Source: Paragordius varius (Eukaryota; Animalia; Nematomorpha). Taken from it: a stretch of 64,000 bases of DNA. The stretch is taken from positions 5,766,001-5,830,000 of the forward strand of contig OZ176051.1 of assembly GCA_964247055.1 (NCBI GenBank). Reading direction: 5' to 3'. Position 1 is the stretch's first letter. Every line of letters starts with the position of its first letter. The notes beneath the pieces are model-generated. The model ran no database searches. It was not told the DNA's origin and saw nothing but the letters and a program-made list of their open reading frames with translations. A program made the position numbers and the translations under genes. Of the stretch, positions 1 through 15,496 are shown piece by piece.

Positions 1-160
1 ATATTTGTGATAATAAAATGAATTACTGTAAAATTATTTAAAAAATATATACATTTTTTATATTATCCAATAAAGTACTACCGTGTATCAAAATTTTACA
101 AATTTTTTAACATTTAATTAATTTTTATGAGAATTTGAACTTATTGACAAAATTAAGTAA

Positions 161-1235
161 TTAACCGGTCAAAAAACTTAAATTTAAAATAATACTTTGT
201 TGAATCAAAATGCTAGAAATACAATTCCAATCCTGCAATAAACGTTCAAGGGCTTTTCGACTAAACCGTGGTGGTTCTAAATTATGAGCTGGTACGTAAT
301 TTGATGATCCATTATTAACACTGTTGTTGCTTTCAAAAGTTGTTTCATCCATTTGTGATTTATCAGTGCCATAGGAAGCACTCATTGTATCATAATAATA
401 TTGGTCATCATACACTGAAAAATAGGAAATTAATTAAAATGTAAAAATATATCATTTACACTTAATATTCACTCTTAAACAATTCAAATTCAATCTTATA
501 TAATTCGAATTTAATTTTAAATTAATTATGTGTTTTTATATATTGAAAATGCCGATGTTTTATATTCGTAAAAAAATGAAATCCATTTACGCTTCATATT
601 CACTCTTAAACAATTCATATCGCTCTTACACATTTTCAACTGACTCTTGAACAATTCGAATTTAACCTTCAATTAATTATGTGTTTTTATATATTGAAAA
701 ATACCTAAATTTTTTTATATTCGTAAAAAAATGAATTTTGTTTCAAATTAAAATAATACTGAAAAAATAATTAACTATGCCATAAAAAAATATATGTTAT
801 TAATGATGAGTTATATTAGCCCGAAAACACATAATTTATTTTTAGAGTGAATTTGAATTGTTTAAGGGTGAATTTGAGTTGTAAATGGTATATAATGTAG
901 CAAAACGATTATTATAACTTATATACTTGTTTATATATTAACATATTTTAAAAACATTTCTGAGACATAATAATAAAAAACATATACAATTAATACCATA
1001 AACCAAAAATAGCTTTTTAAATGTGTACCAACACCAAAGTTGAATATTTAGTGGTATTTTTAAAATGTAAAAACTTATAAAAAGAGCTTATCATATACAT
1101 ATGCGCAAAAAATATAGATTGAATCAAATTTAAAATTTACCTGATTTTTTACCATTAATATCTTTGGGTCCGATTTCGGCATAATCAGGCATATGATTCG
1201 TTTTCGGTATGTAGAGTTGAAGAAACTCATCTATA

Positions 1236-1282
<47 letters not shown>

Positions 1283-4200
1283 TAAACTTTAATTATATGA
1301 AAACCAGATAATACTTGGCATAATTTTAAAACAAAACTAAGGCATCTATAAATTTATTTTCAACTATATGCCAAGTGTGCATGAAAAGTTCCCTAATTAA
1401 GCCTAGTCACCATTTTATGTTCAAAAAATAGCAATAAAATATACAAAAAAGAGATAAACAAAAAATATTTTTCATAGGAAACACACACATCATATAAACA
1501 ACAGCAGAAATTCCAAGTAGATTATAATTAAAATTTAAATTCTAAACACGATTATTAATGTCAATTATTTAAAAAAGTTGGTCAATCTGACGAAAATAGC
1601 ATAATTGATGGTACAAAAGAGCAAAATATATCAAGTAAATATATTAAAAGCAATAAATATCAATTCTATGAATATTTAAATCAACAGTCTACCAATTTTG
1701 TTTCCATCATCAGCTCTGTTCTCAGAGTTTATCATATTTGTGTTACCCATATTGTTGGGATTTGTTTCATTTTTAGCATCTACCCTTTTATCTTTATTTC
1801 CACCAGAAGTATTTTGAGAGCCATTATTATTATTTGTTTTAGATGCCGTACTATTTCGTGAATTCGAAGTAAAATAATAGTAATCATCATATAAAACGGA
1901 TGAAGAATTACGACCAATTAGACCACCATTGCTTATCCCGTACGAATTCAATAAATCATAGGCGTGCCCTAAAATAATTTTTCGTAACATAAATTTTTAT
2001 AAATGAGTCTCTTTGAAAATAAAATAATTAAAACACTAATAAAATTTTTCATATATATATATATATATATATTCTTAAAAATTTTATATATAAATTATCG
2101 CTAAAAACTTTCTAACTATATATAAAGCGCACATAAATATAAATATTAAATAACCATTATTTTACCCTTAAACTAAACAAAAAAATGAAATAATATACCC
2201 AAAGTCCCTGATGTAGTTATTAAACTTGCGCTCGATTTGGATTGATATTGTCTTTGTTCAACAACTTGGCGGCCAACGGTACTCACCAAATATTGTAGAA
2301 TGTGTTCACCTCTAAAGGATATAAATAATAAAACAATATAAATTAACTTTAAGATGATAAAATGGTCACTCTTTTCTTACATGGATCTTGTTAGAATTTC
2401 ACATAGAAGAAAAATAAAAAATATTATTTCGCATGAAAAAAACTATTTGATATTAAAACCTTGGCAAAAGTTTTTTATTACAAAAAATTAATTAATGAAC
2501 TAATTTAACACTTGACATTTCGATTATTTTAATATACTTTAAAAAACTAATGAAACATGTAGATGTTTAGCAGTAAAAAAATATTAATCAATATAAAAAT
2601 ATATATTGAACTATTTATATGAATTATTATATTTAATTCAGGAAAAATGGCACAAAAAACAAACATTTTATTAAAATAATAGATTTTATACTCAAATACT
2701 TAACAATTGAATATATCTTACCGTTCATTCGGTTGATTGTAAAGGTATGGACCAAGGGAAGGGTGTTTTAGCATTTTGTTCAATAATTCCCAACGGTGGG
2801 ATTGTGAACCAGGTAAAAGAGCCTTACATTTTGTTTCTATGTATAAAGAAAAAATTAAAATATTTAGAAATTAAAAAATAAACCAGGATATTTGTGATTA
2901 AAACGAAAATAAATTATATTTTTATTCATTAAATATTCTCTTGACACAACATATTGCAAGAGAGAAAAGGACTATTGCTAAAATTTACCAAAATACTTTT
3001 ATATATATGTGGTTTTATTAAAAAATACATCTATGAATCTGTCAAAATAACATGATTTAACAAAAAAACACATAAATACAAATTGATTATGGATAACTAA
3101 ATAAAATTTTAAAACCTTCATTACATATATATTTAACATTTGGATACAACACACTCATTTTAGTCCTTCGATTCAAATTGGGGTAGTTGGATACCCCAGG
3201 CCTGTTTAAAATCAAATACTTAAAAAAGTATGGAAGGAATCTAAACCATGGCAAAATTTTGCACTTATATAACATTAATAAACCGAAATATATAAAAAAA
3301 TTTATTCAAAAATACTTGATATTACTTATTTTGAGTTAAAACCGAAAAAAATTTCGTTAACGTGACATGTGTCAAATTTTAAAATCAAAATATAAGACAA
3401 AATAAACCGCTTTTTCTATTTCTATCAATGTTTGATGTAATTTATATAAAAAATTAGCTTTAGTTTTACCCTTAAAATTAAATGAAGACGATATTTTGCA
3501 AAAATTTTGTAAAATAAAAATGGCGTGGAAGTAGTTTGAGATGGAACTTTTTTTTCAAAACAAAATTTTATCAAGATATTTTGACATATTTATATAAAAT
3601 TTATCAGGATAGAAGCATAAATTTAAATTGGGACCGTTTCCTTCAGTTGTTTTTTTAAAAATTTTAATTTAAATTCAGTCTGGGGTATTTATATACCCCA
3701 ATTTGAATCGAAGTGTTAAAGAAAAAACTTTCACATCTTTTTTTAAATAAAAAATTAAAAAAATATTCCAATTAATAGATGCTTTTACCGTTTGAAGTGT
3801 TACAACCGCCTCGTTCCCAACAATCACAGTATGCAGTGGGCGATGAACGCTTAAAAGTTACCCGATGACCAGCATGGCAAGTTATAGCGCATTCAGTACA
3901 ACAACAAAGGGAACCCACTAGACCACAAGTAGCGCATTCAAATATATCCTAATATGAGGAAAAAGCAATGTTGAATTTGGATTAATAATTAACGTGAATT
4001 TAATCTGACGCAGAGTTTTTTGTAGTTAATTTTTAGAATATAAGTTGATTTTGACATGTAATAAATATGCTCCTTGGAATATAAAGGTTAACTTAACGAA
4101 AAGTGTAAAAACTAACAAAAACATGTTTTAGAATAACGGGCCCTACCTTAAAATTAACCATTTATAATAAACAATGCAATTATCCCCGGAACATCTTATA

Positions 4201-5238
4201 TTTGTTTTAAAGCTCATTTAAAAAATATAATGAAAGCCCATAATTATATTTTAAATAAATATAGCCCATAAACCAATTGACTTGCGCTAATAATCATGTA
4301 CGCGCCAATTCGCAATTAAGTTTATAATAAAAGCGCTAAGAGCTGCGTTTTCCCACAACTAGCTAATTTGGTGATATTTTTAAGCCATTAATAATAAGAA
4401 ATACTAAAATATCAACATTTTTTCGATTTTTTATGATTTGGAAATTTAATAGATTATTCAAACAAATTCATTACATTAACGTCTAATTTTACTTTATTCT
4501 TAAACAGGGGTATGATGTGAATTATTTATGACCATTATAAAAAAATAATAATAATATAGATAAAAATAAATAAAAAAACCCATCTAAAAACTACTATTTA
4601 ATATGGCTAAAAAAGAGCACAAACCTGATTTATATGTTGTTTCCCAGTCCATGTAAAGCTACAGGTATCATTCGAAATTAAAATGTAAAATGGATTTTTA
4701 TCACAACTAGAACTGCTGCTATCAATCATATTCTCATTATCATCCATATATTTTTGATCGTTTACCACATCAGTGGGATAAATCATTGAGCGCAAAAGTT
4801 GAGTTTCGCTTAAAGTGGTTTTTTTAAAAGCGCTATTTTCCCCACTAATTTCAGCGTTTAGGATAAGGTTTGTAATACGTTGGGCAGTATTAAACAATAA
4901 AATGGCAGCAGAATATGCCCTATTCTTGATAGCTCTCATGAATGGTGTATTACCCCACAAATCCCTGTCCAAATAAAATATCAATAAAAATTTGGGAATA
5001 ATGACCTAATAAAGGATTGTAAATTACAAGTTAATAATCTTTTGAGCCGATATATAAATATAAAAAACCATATTTATGAATCATGCGCTAACGGCAAAGG
5101 CCAGTTTCTAAAGATTTATAAAATCACTAATTGTAGACAAGGGCTTGTGTTATGTAAAAAATAGCCTAAGATTATCACAAAGTATAAATATTATGAATAT
5201 AAATTACTTCGTGGTAATATAAAAACTCCGAATCCGGA

Positions 5239-5272
<34 letters not shown>

Positions 5273-8200
5273 ACTAAGCATCGATTTAATTGCTGGTATT
5301 TTGTAAAAAAAAATAATTATAACCATTTTATTTTTATATTTTTAATCTCTAGCATATACAAACTTTACAAGATCAAAAGGCTACTATACCTTTGACTTAA
5401 CATTGTATACAGATACGGATCCAAGGGTGGATAATGGCAAAGAAAATGTAATATTTTGTATGCTTCAATTTCTCTTTCAAGTGGTATCATGTTTGATTTC
5501 CCTTTTCTCATATCTGCAGAATTTTGGAAAAGATTGTAAAAATAATATATACACACAAACATAAATTACTATCAATTTAATAAAAAATAAAAAGTTTATA
5601 AGTCAAAACATACCATTTTGTGAGGAATTTTGAGCTGATGGATCATAAAGTGAGAGATTTTTATCACATTCACGCAATTGTCTAACCAAATTTGATGCTT
5701 TTTGCATTAAATCTTGAAAATCGTTTCTAAATAAAGAGGGAGATGAAAATAATTTTTAGAATCACAAAAAATTGTTTATTAAAGATTTAATAAAAAGAGT
5801 CATACTTTGTTAACTTTTTGATAGTTTGCTCATCACTCTTAGATTCTTGGTTTAAATTTTTTCTTTCTGGAGAATTATCAGATTCGGTGTTTTGATTACT
5901 ATCCTTATTTGACGACGCGTTATTTGAGTTATTATTTGGCATAAATAAGTGTAGCAAAGAATCCATTGCAAAACCCATTCGATTAAGTTTCTGTATACTT
6001 TCCAGCGAAGAAGTATTGCCTAATTCAGGCTTATCATTATTCTGTTGTTCATTTAATAAAGCAAGTGGTGGTGGACAAAATGGGAATAGAGAAGATGATG
6101 TAGGTGGGGGTACTGAATAGCCCGCAATATTTGGCATAAATGACGGCTCAGATTTTATGATATCGGCAATACGTTTATCTGGGGAAAAAGCGAATTCGGA
6201 CATATTGATTAACGTTTTTTCCCCAAAAAGAAAAAAATAATTTTCAGAAAAATTTTTAGCAACTTTTTATTTTTAGCATTATTAAAAAATATATAATATA
6301 TTTTTTAATAAAACACATTTGCATAACAATATAATTTGTTATTGGTCGTAAAACCTGATAGATTTAACTTATATACAAATTATCCCACGTGGCACTAAAA
6401 TTTAATTTTATTAACAAGATGCCATGTGTTATTCCATTGCAAAACGGTTTAAATTGATTATTGAGTGTTTAATTTAAATATATACCATTTAGAGTTAGAA
6501 TTCACCCTCGTACAATTCAAATTCACCCTTGAACAATTCAAATTCACCTTAAAAAAAATTATGTGTTTTCTAACTAAAATAACTCATATAAATATAAATT
6601 ATATCTTTATGGCTTTATTAATTTTTCAGTATGATTTTAATTTAAAACAAATTATATTTTAAAAATATATAAAAATATAGGTAATTTTAAATCTTAAAAA
6701 ACACAATTTATTTGAGGATGAATTTGAATTGTTCAAGGGTGAATTTGAATTGTTTAAGGGTGAATTTGACGGTATAGTTAAAATCCATTTAAAAAGATCA
6801 ATATAAAAAGTGTCTGTCGCAAAAAAAAGCCAATACCTGCTTCATCCTTAGCAGTTGTTGGTTTACATAATTCACACAAGATATGTAAAGGATTCGATAA
6901 TCCATCCGAATAACCCAAGCTTATAGTTTTCATAAACGGATGTTCATCTATATAAAATTAATTCATAAATTTATATGTGGTCAAACTAGAACCACACAGA
7001 TAAATAGAAAAAAACGGCATTATAATTTAAATATTAAATTGGAATAAAACTTTGTTCCCATTATAACATTAGAAAAAATAGCTAAATGGCTATTAAGATT
7101 ATAAAAAACGTAAATTCCCTATTTATTTATGTCAGGGGTGTCCAACACGCGGCCCTCTGGTGTCGCCCGCAAAAAATTAAAAATATACTAAATAAAAACG
7201 AAATTCCATAATTTGCAAAAATATGCTGATAAAATAAGTAAAATTATTTAGAAAAAAATTTTTGAATAAGTATTTCTAATCGGTAAAAAATTGAAAGATA
7301 TAAACACACTAATTATATTCTGTTTGCATTTTTTATTAGTCTTAAATATAAAGACTAATAAAATATTTAATATTCTTTTATATTTTTCTAATGCAGCCCA
7401 GCCCGCTCGCTCGATTCCTTAAGTCAAAAGTGCTGCCCATGAGGCCATTTATGTTGGACACTCCAATTTATAAAGAGTCATTATGAGAAAAAATCATCAT
7501 AGAGTGTGGTCTACTGTATAAGTCTATTCAAAATTTTTAATATAATAAATTGTAAACCGTTTAAGCTCTTTTTATCGGCGTTAAACATAAAAGGTGGAAA
7601 TCCTGGTAATAAAAACGGGGGCGGTAAATACGAAGGCGACATTTTTAGTCCCTCAAAATCACACCGAAGTAAAGGATGTATAAAATTTTGTGTGTCAAAA
7701 GCCATTAACATAAGCAGTGCATGATTTGGTATATCTGATGAGACTGATGCTATAAATAAAAATAAAATTGTAATGACAAATCAATATAATTTTCAAAGTT
7801 TATCGTGAAAATGAAAAAAAAATAGAAATTTTACGCAAGGATTGGAATTTAACCCGTTTTTGTGGAACCGAAACTCAAGTATATAAAAAGTAAACGCTAA
7901 AATAGTTACATAAAATGTTAAACACAGTAAATATTTGATATTAAAAATTTTAAAATTTATTATAAAAACTATATATATTTATATTAAATTTTGTGGCTAT
8001 AGAATTATACAAACTTGAATGATGAAAAAAAATAAGGCCAAAAAAATTTTAAACCAATAAACAACGGTAGAACCGAAGCCGATATTAAACCAATACTACG
8101 TTTAAAAATGATTCCGATTCCAATTATTCATTTATATTTGCAAAATATAATTTTCAAGTTAGTTAACACAAAACATGTAAGATAAAAAAACACATACTTT

Positions 8201-11200
8201 TCGTATGTACATGAGGTAAGGTTATATATGCCATATCAAAGTATTGTAATGGTAAAGACGACATATAGGAGGGACTTATTTCTCGTTCTACCCCATGTAT
8301 GGAATTAAGATAATTATAATTCATGAGAGCAAAACATTTATTGACATCCAAACCTATACCAAATTGTGGAACCTATTGAATTGTAAAAAAACAATATATT
8401 CGAAACAATGTTAACAATGAAAATCATTTTAGCATAATTTTAATTACAATCGCGAATTTTTAACTATTATTCATATCTAAAATTTTGAAATTTATCATAT
8501 TTCATTTGGTTAAAATCAAAGCTTCTATAAAACAAAAGGGAATATGGATACTTCTTTGGGGAATTTTATCGAAAAATTTGTCAAAGCTAAATCCATATTA
8601 GAGTCATTTGTATTGTGCGTTCCTGTCAATCGAATATCGAATGGGGTTTGATAAGCATAACTTATACGTCCAGAAGAGCCCAAACTCCCATGTAAATGAT
8701 ATAAAAACTTTTTGTTCTTTTTAGCGCTCGACAATGTTGCAAGGCAATTAAAACGACCTAAAAATGGAAACATGATTGCATAATGAAAAACATATAAAAG
8801 TTATTATTTCGCTTTCTACCAATTTTATTGCAATTAATAATTGGAAATTGAAATTATTGATTGATTCATGATAAAAATTAAACATTCAAAATTTAACAAA
8901 AGATTAAAATTATGCGGAGAAATTCGCCACAATAACTACAAACAATATAAAAATAATTTAAGGTAAATATTGTTAACAATTAAGATAAAAAATGTATTTT
9001 ACCAGAATTAAGTATACACCAGTCAAGAATCTTGAAATGTGAAGGCACCATTATTTTCCTAGGTCTACGTATGCAATCATCTAATTTCTTGATGCGTTCA
9101 TAATGCCCTTGATCAGCGTTTAATAACTAAAAGGTATAAATAAAAATAGGATATAGAAACGTTGGTAATTGCGTACATTAAAACAGGGACCCCATCCCCT
9201 CATTGTAACCTTAATTATTGAAAATTAATCTATTTAAATAATTAAAATATTCAATTATATAATTCAAGAAAATAGGTAGGAAAAATAAACAATAATTTTC
9301 AAAGTTTTTGAATGATGATAACGCATGACTCCCATTCGAAATAGAGTAACTTTTAACGATTACATTTTAAAAAGAAAGAACCCTATTTATCATTTATCAA
9401 GATATCAATGATTTTTAAGTTTACAGACAAGATTTATTTTTTAAAAAGCATAGCAGGTGGCTGGCAACTTAAATATAAGCACTACTAGTTTAAAATAAGT
9501 GATTAAAAAAGAGTTATTACATACCATTAAATCTGATTTTTTCATAACTTTACATTGATTGAGTAAAGAGGATAGGTCGTCGGATCCATCATTTTGTTTT
9601 ATTTCATTACTCATGTTCACAATGGCAAAATCTTCATCCACCTATAAATAAATAATTAAATTTATTTCCAACAATTTAAATTCACCATCAAACAATTGTT
9701 GAAATTTTCCCTAAAATAAATTATGTGTTTTTCTACATTTAAAATTACCTTTATTTTTTATTAATATTTTTAAATATGAAATTCTGTTAAAAATTTATAT
9801 AATGCTGAAAAAAATAATAAAATATGTCGTAAAAATATATATCAAATTAATGATAAGTTATATTAGCCCAAAAACACATAATTTATTTTTAGGGGAATTT
9901 GAATTGTTTCAAGGGTTTAAATTGTTCGAGGGTGAGTTTGAATTGTATGTTCTGTAAGTAAAATTTCAATAAAACAATTACAAAATACTTTTATAACTCT
10001 TCCGATGGGTGCACAAAAATTGTCCTCTAAAACAATAACATCTTCCAAATTTAACGTAACTATCTCGTCTTGTCCTATATTGTTAAAAACGATAATAATT
10101 AAATATCAAATAAAAAATAGTTAATATATTAATTTATTTGAGTATATTACTGGATGGTGGTAGTTTGAAATGACCGCTGGACAAAGTACCATTATTTTTC
10201 ATTCTATAATTTTGGACACAAAATATTTAAATATAAAATAAAAAATATCTTTTTGCTAATAATTATGTTAAATATCTTACACAATATACTCCCACGCGGT
10301 AATTGGCAAGACTTTAATGCAATCTTTTGAACCTATAATAAGTAATACATTATAATAGTGTACATTATATTAATTGGACATATGTAATTATTTCAATTAC
10401 AGAGTGTAAACTTTTTTAAGCGAAAAATAGATATATTTTAAAATAATAAAAAGTATATGCAAATAAATATTATACCATTTGCGCCCGATGTTAAAACATA
10501 TTCCGTTAATATAGCTAAGATGGGATGATTCGTTACATCATGATTTGTTTTCAATTTCTTTTCGGCTGTTTGCTTTTTGGTTTTAAATGATGATAAATTC
10601 GCAGAGCTATTATCTTTATTTTGTTTGGCAAAATAATTAATGCCTCCAAAAAGTAAAGCACCAGCTCCTAAATAAGGTCTGTTACGCGCAGTAACGAGTG
10701 AACCGACTTGGATTTGATTCTGGATATCATTCAGTTGTACATTTTCTTTTTTATTAACAGTGTTTGTTGGTTGGAAAAAATGAGCAAATAGTTTCATACG
10801 CATACGTGGTGGTAAAAATCCCCTTGTTATCAAAAATTAAAAAAAAAGATATGAATTCAACCAAGGGTTTAGAGGATAAAAATCTAAATTGCTATGCTAA
10901 AAAATTAAGTTTAAGCAAAAACTGTAAGATTCAAATAAAACAAAAGCCCACAAGTATATTAATCAAATAAATGAAATTAATATTTACCACCAATAAAGAG
11001 CGCCAGACCCAGTTTGAATAGCAATGTAAAAATCGCAAATATTCAAAGAATGAATTATGGTAGAATCTAAATGCTGTTTTATATCCGTGACAGACTGTTC
11101 AAATTTTGTGGCGACTGGAGCAATTATAGGGTCAAACCATGTAGCTATCTGTATGCAAAAAATTTAAATTATTTGAATTTTTAGAGTTAATTTAAAAAAC

Positions 11201-14200
11201 CATTATTTATAAAATGGGATTGAATAAAAAGAATAAAAACTAAAGGTTAAAACTAAAAGTATATTTTTTTAAAAAAGCCAATTAAGCACTTAAATATTTA
11301 TATATAATCTATCTGTTTGGGTTGAAAATAAGGAATATAGGTGATTGGTAAAACATACTATAAATTAGTGTGGTACCATTAGGTTTTATGGATAAAATCA
11401 AGGTTTACAAAAGTGTGGTTTTACCATAAAAATATTCTTTTTATGTTGAATTTTTATATTTTGAGTGTGTATTATATGAATATTGGTTGAAATATCCATA
11501 AAAAAATGATTATAGGATTGAATTAAAATCTTTTTAGAGTTTAAATAATATTTCAGTTAGAAATTAATATACCATATTATCACATGTAGTAACTGCAATA
11601 CGTAGCGCACTAGAGGCAATGTGTTGGACCTGTTTAGTGAGTAACCCCATATCTATCGTTCTGGGATGATAAATTTTAACTTTTTTCCCTTCATGCTGTA
11701 AATGTATAAACAAAATAAATGGATTAAATTTAAAAAAACAGTTTAATTAATATCGAGTTTTCTCTATCATTATATAATTTGATTTATTTTACAAAATTAA
11801 ATGTATCCAGAAATATTGATATTAATACTTCAAATTTTTATTATTTCTCTCTTAATTTTTGGCGATAATTTTTTATTTTATATGTATATTTTCGAATTTC
11901 AATTATATAAAAAACTTATTATAGATGTCGGACTTAAATACCATAGAAGCCTTATTTAAATTTATCGCAATATATAGTTTTTTTTTATTGATAAACTCTA
12001 TAAATTACAGTCAACTACGATAAAAATTTTAAAGTGTGTAGAAATTTTAGTACTTCAACAATTTGAAAATATGGAGTTTTCCTATCCCACATCCATTGAT
12101 GTAAATCTCCGTTTAAATCCACAGCCACAAGTTCTGATTCCAAACAAACCATATCTTTAAAACATAATTTTGTGGTACCATCCTATGTATGAAATAGAAA
12201 ATACAAAGTTTAAATTAAAAATATTTCCACATAAATATACACCACAATTATAAAATATTTATTGTAAAAAGTTGTGATGAGTTAAAAAAATTACGGGACT
12301 GATTGTATATAAATAAATTGATAATGATAATCAATTAAATAACTACAATCAAGTATATACAGTCATGAAGACTTTATATTGTTAAAGATTTACTTTTTTT
12401 CGTTAATTGGGTATTAATATTTGGTAAAGAATAAAAAAACAAGAGCAATATGGTATTACCATATCATATTCTTTAAAAAAGTAAAAAATGAAGGGGAAGG
12501 GCGTCGGAAATCTTTGGTAAAAAATGAAAATACACTAACTACTAACCCTTCACTTAAATTTGATGGATATTTTGTAATGTTAAATTTTGAGAATATTATA
12601 GCAATTTATGTTAACATTTGAAATATTGTTACGTATTTAGATGCGGAATTTTGTGGGTTTTTATCTTTAATAATTTAATAAATAGTAAAATGGGTATTTT
12701 ATTATTTATGATTTATAAATAATTAAATTCAATAATTACTATTTTTCAACATGATAAATACCTGTATTAATCGATATTGGTATTATTTTATATAGTTGTT
12801 ATTAGTTATTAAAATACAGGTTTATTTGTTAAAATTTAAGTAGATTTTGGATTGTTTTTGTTTTTATGTTATTCATTGTCAATTTTTATGTATTGACATT
12901 TTAATCAGGTAAAAATTGCGGTTTTTAAATTTAGTCAAATTTAATTTTTTTGTTTTTTATTTAACATTGTTAATTGTAATTAATTACATATTGTAATTTT
13001 AATAATTGGTGAAAATTGTGGTTTTTAATAAATTTAGTTAAATTGAATTTTTTTGTTTTTTAAAATTTGCATTGTTAATTGTAATTAATTACTACATATT
13101 GGATATTTAAAAAAACAGGTAAAAATGGCGGTTTCAAATTTTTTTTATTGTTAATTGTAATTAATTACATATTGTGGACATTTAAATAATTACAGGTAAA
13201 AATTGCAGTTTTTAATAAATTTAATAAAAATTGAGTTTTTGTTTTTTAAGATTTGCATTGTTAATTGTAATTAATTTATTTGGTCATTTTAATAAATACA
13301 GGTAAATATTGCGGTTTTTAACAAATTTCAAATTTATTTTTTTTTTATTTTGTAACATTGTTAATTGTAATTAATTACTACATATTTTGGACATTTTAAT
13401 AAATTAGTAAAATTTTTAATGTTTTGTTCAACCTCGCTAATCTATGTATTATATATTTTTGATACATTGATATCAGGTAAAAATTACTATCATTTGAATA
13501 AAGCAAGGTTGAACAAAACATTAAAAATTTAAATTTTATTAAAAACCGCAATTTTCACATGTTTTTTAAATGTCGAAAATATTTGATAATTAATAACAAA
13601 TAACAATGATACAAAAAAAATTAAATTTGAAATTTGTTAAAAACCGCCATTTTTACCTGTATTTTTTAAAATTTCTAAATATGTAATAATTTAAAATTAA
13701 CAATGTTAAATAAAAAATTTGACTAAATTTAAAAACCGCAATTTTTACCTGATTAAAATGTCAATACATAAAAATTGACAATGAATAACATAAAAACAAA
13801 AACAATCCAAAATCTACTTAAATTTTAACAAATATATAACCTGTATTTTAATCACTAATAACAACTATATAAAATAATACCAATATCGATTAATACAGGT
13901 ATTTATCATGTTGAAAAATAGTAATTATTGAATTTAATTATAAATCATAAATAATAAAATACCCATTTTACTATTTATTAAATTATTAAAGATAAAAACC
14001 CACAAAATTCCGCATCTAAATACGTAACAATATTTCAAATGTTAACATAAATTGCTATAATATTCTCAAAATTTAACATTACAAAATATCCATCAAATTT
14101 AAGTGAAGGGTTAGTAGTTAGTGTATTTTCATTTTTTTACCAAAGATTTCCGACGCCCTTCCCCTTCATTTTTTACTGTTTTAAAGAATATGATATGGTA

Positions 14201-15279
14201 ATACCATATTGCTCTTGTTTTTATATTCTTTACCAAATATTAATACCCAATTAACGAAAAAAAGTAAATCTTTAACAATATAAAGTCTACATGACTGTAT
14301 TTATAACTTGTAAATCGAATCAACCAACCAAATTTCTCTTAATAGTGCTAATAATAGCTTTAAAATAAAAAATTTATAATTTTATAAAATATAATTAATT
14401 ATTTCATATTACGCCACATAAACATATTTTGGACTGAATATTTTCATAAGCAGCCATAGTCATGCCCATAAATGTGCGTTTATAATTGTTAATATCCGAT
14501 TAATAAAATAAAAATCAATCTATATTTTTACCTCATTTAACCAATAAACTAGGTTGGAATCATTCATTTCAATGTGATAATTGCATGTTATAGGTATGGT
14601 CGTAACACTTTTTCCATCTTTGCTATTGCTAGTATGGCTATTAGCATTCGTGGTGAGTTTCTCCAAATTTTGTTCCAATTTTACCCGTTTTGATGGGTTA
14701 TTTTTTGAGGTTGAAACAGCGTTTGTAGAGTCCACAACAGTATTGTCCTTTTTAGGATCCGTTTCTAAAGAAAGATATAATTAATATAACTAACTGTATA
14801 GTAAAAATTGAAATTATAAAGACAAATAGAGTCATGTATCCTTTATTTTATCAAAAATTTATTTTTTTCATTAAACGAGAAAAAATATTTGGTAAAGAAT
14901 GGAAAAAACAAGAGCTCTATGGTATTAACAATATCATATTCATCAAAAAAGTATAAGAATTACCATAGAGCTCTTGTTTTTTCCATTCTTTACCAAATAT
15001 TTATACCCATTTAACGAAAAAAAAAATAAATTTTTGATAAAATAAAGAATAGATGACTGTATTTTTAAAAGACGGTCATACTGTTTATTAATTTTTTATT
15101 AAAATTGTGATGTATATTAAAAAGTGTTATTTAAAACATCCTTATTTCCCAAAAGATAAGTCTAAAAAAATAAGGATTATTCAAAAAAATAGTTTTTAAA
15201 AAACTTTTTCTGAATTTTAACTATATTAACACGATAAGCATTCTTTCTAAAATTAAAATTAACTATTTAATAATTATAG

Positions 15280-15316
<37 letters not shown>

Positions 15317-15441
15317 GGTTGATGTTATTTGGCAATTTGGTTGAATAGTATAACCAATTGGATGACCGAGTAAGTGGGATGGTTAACGTGGGCAAATCTG
15401 TTATAAAGTTTTTAAATAATTAAACTTATATTTTTTATTTA

Positions 15442-15496
<55 letters not shown>

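Noticed and set aside
5224-5240. Helitron-like 3' hairpin (ctccgaatccggag)
   Set aside because: Followed by (TA)n rather than CTRR; no matching 5' TC end found.
14411-14479. SECIS element (ATGA, stem, AAA loop on minus strand)
   Set aside because: No 3' GA for the non-Watson-Crick quartet, intronic position, no in-frame TGA selenoprotein nearby.
14500-14531. Non-canonical 32-nt GT-AA intron in UBR5
   Set aside because: The donor joins a canonical acceptor near 12182, giving VYWLNE-DGTTKL, which fits the UBR5 alignment.
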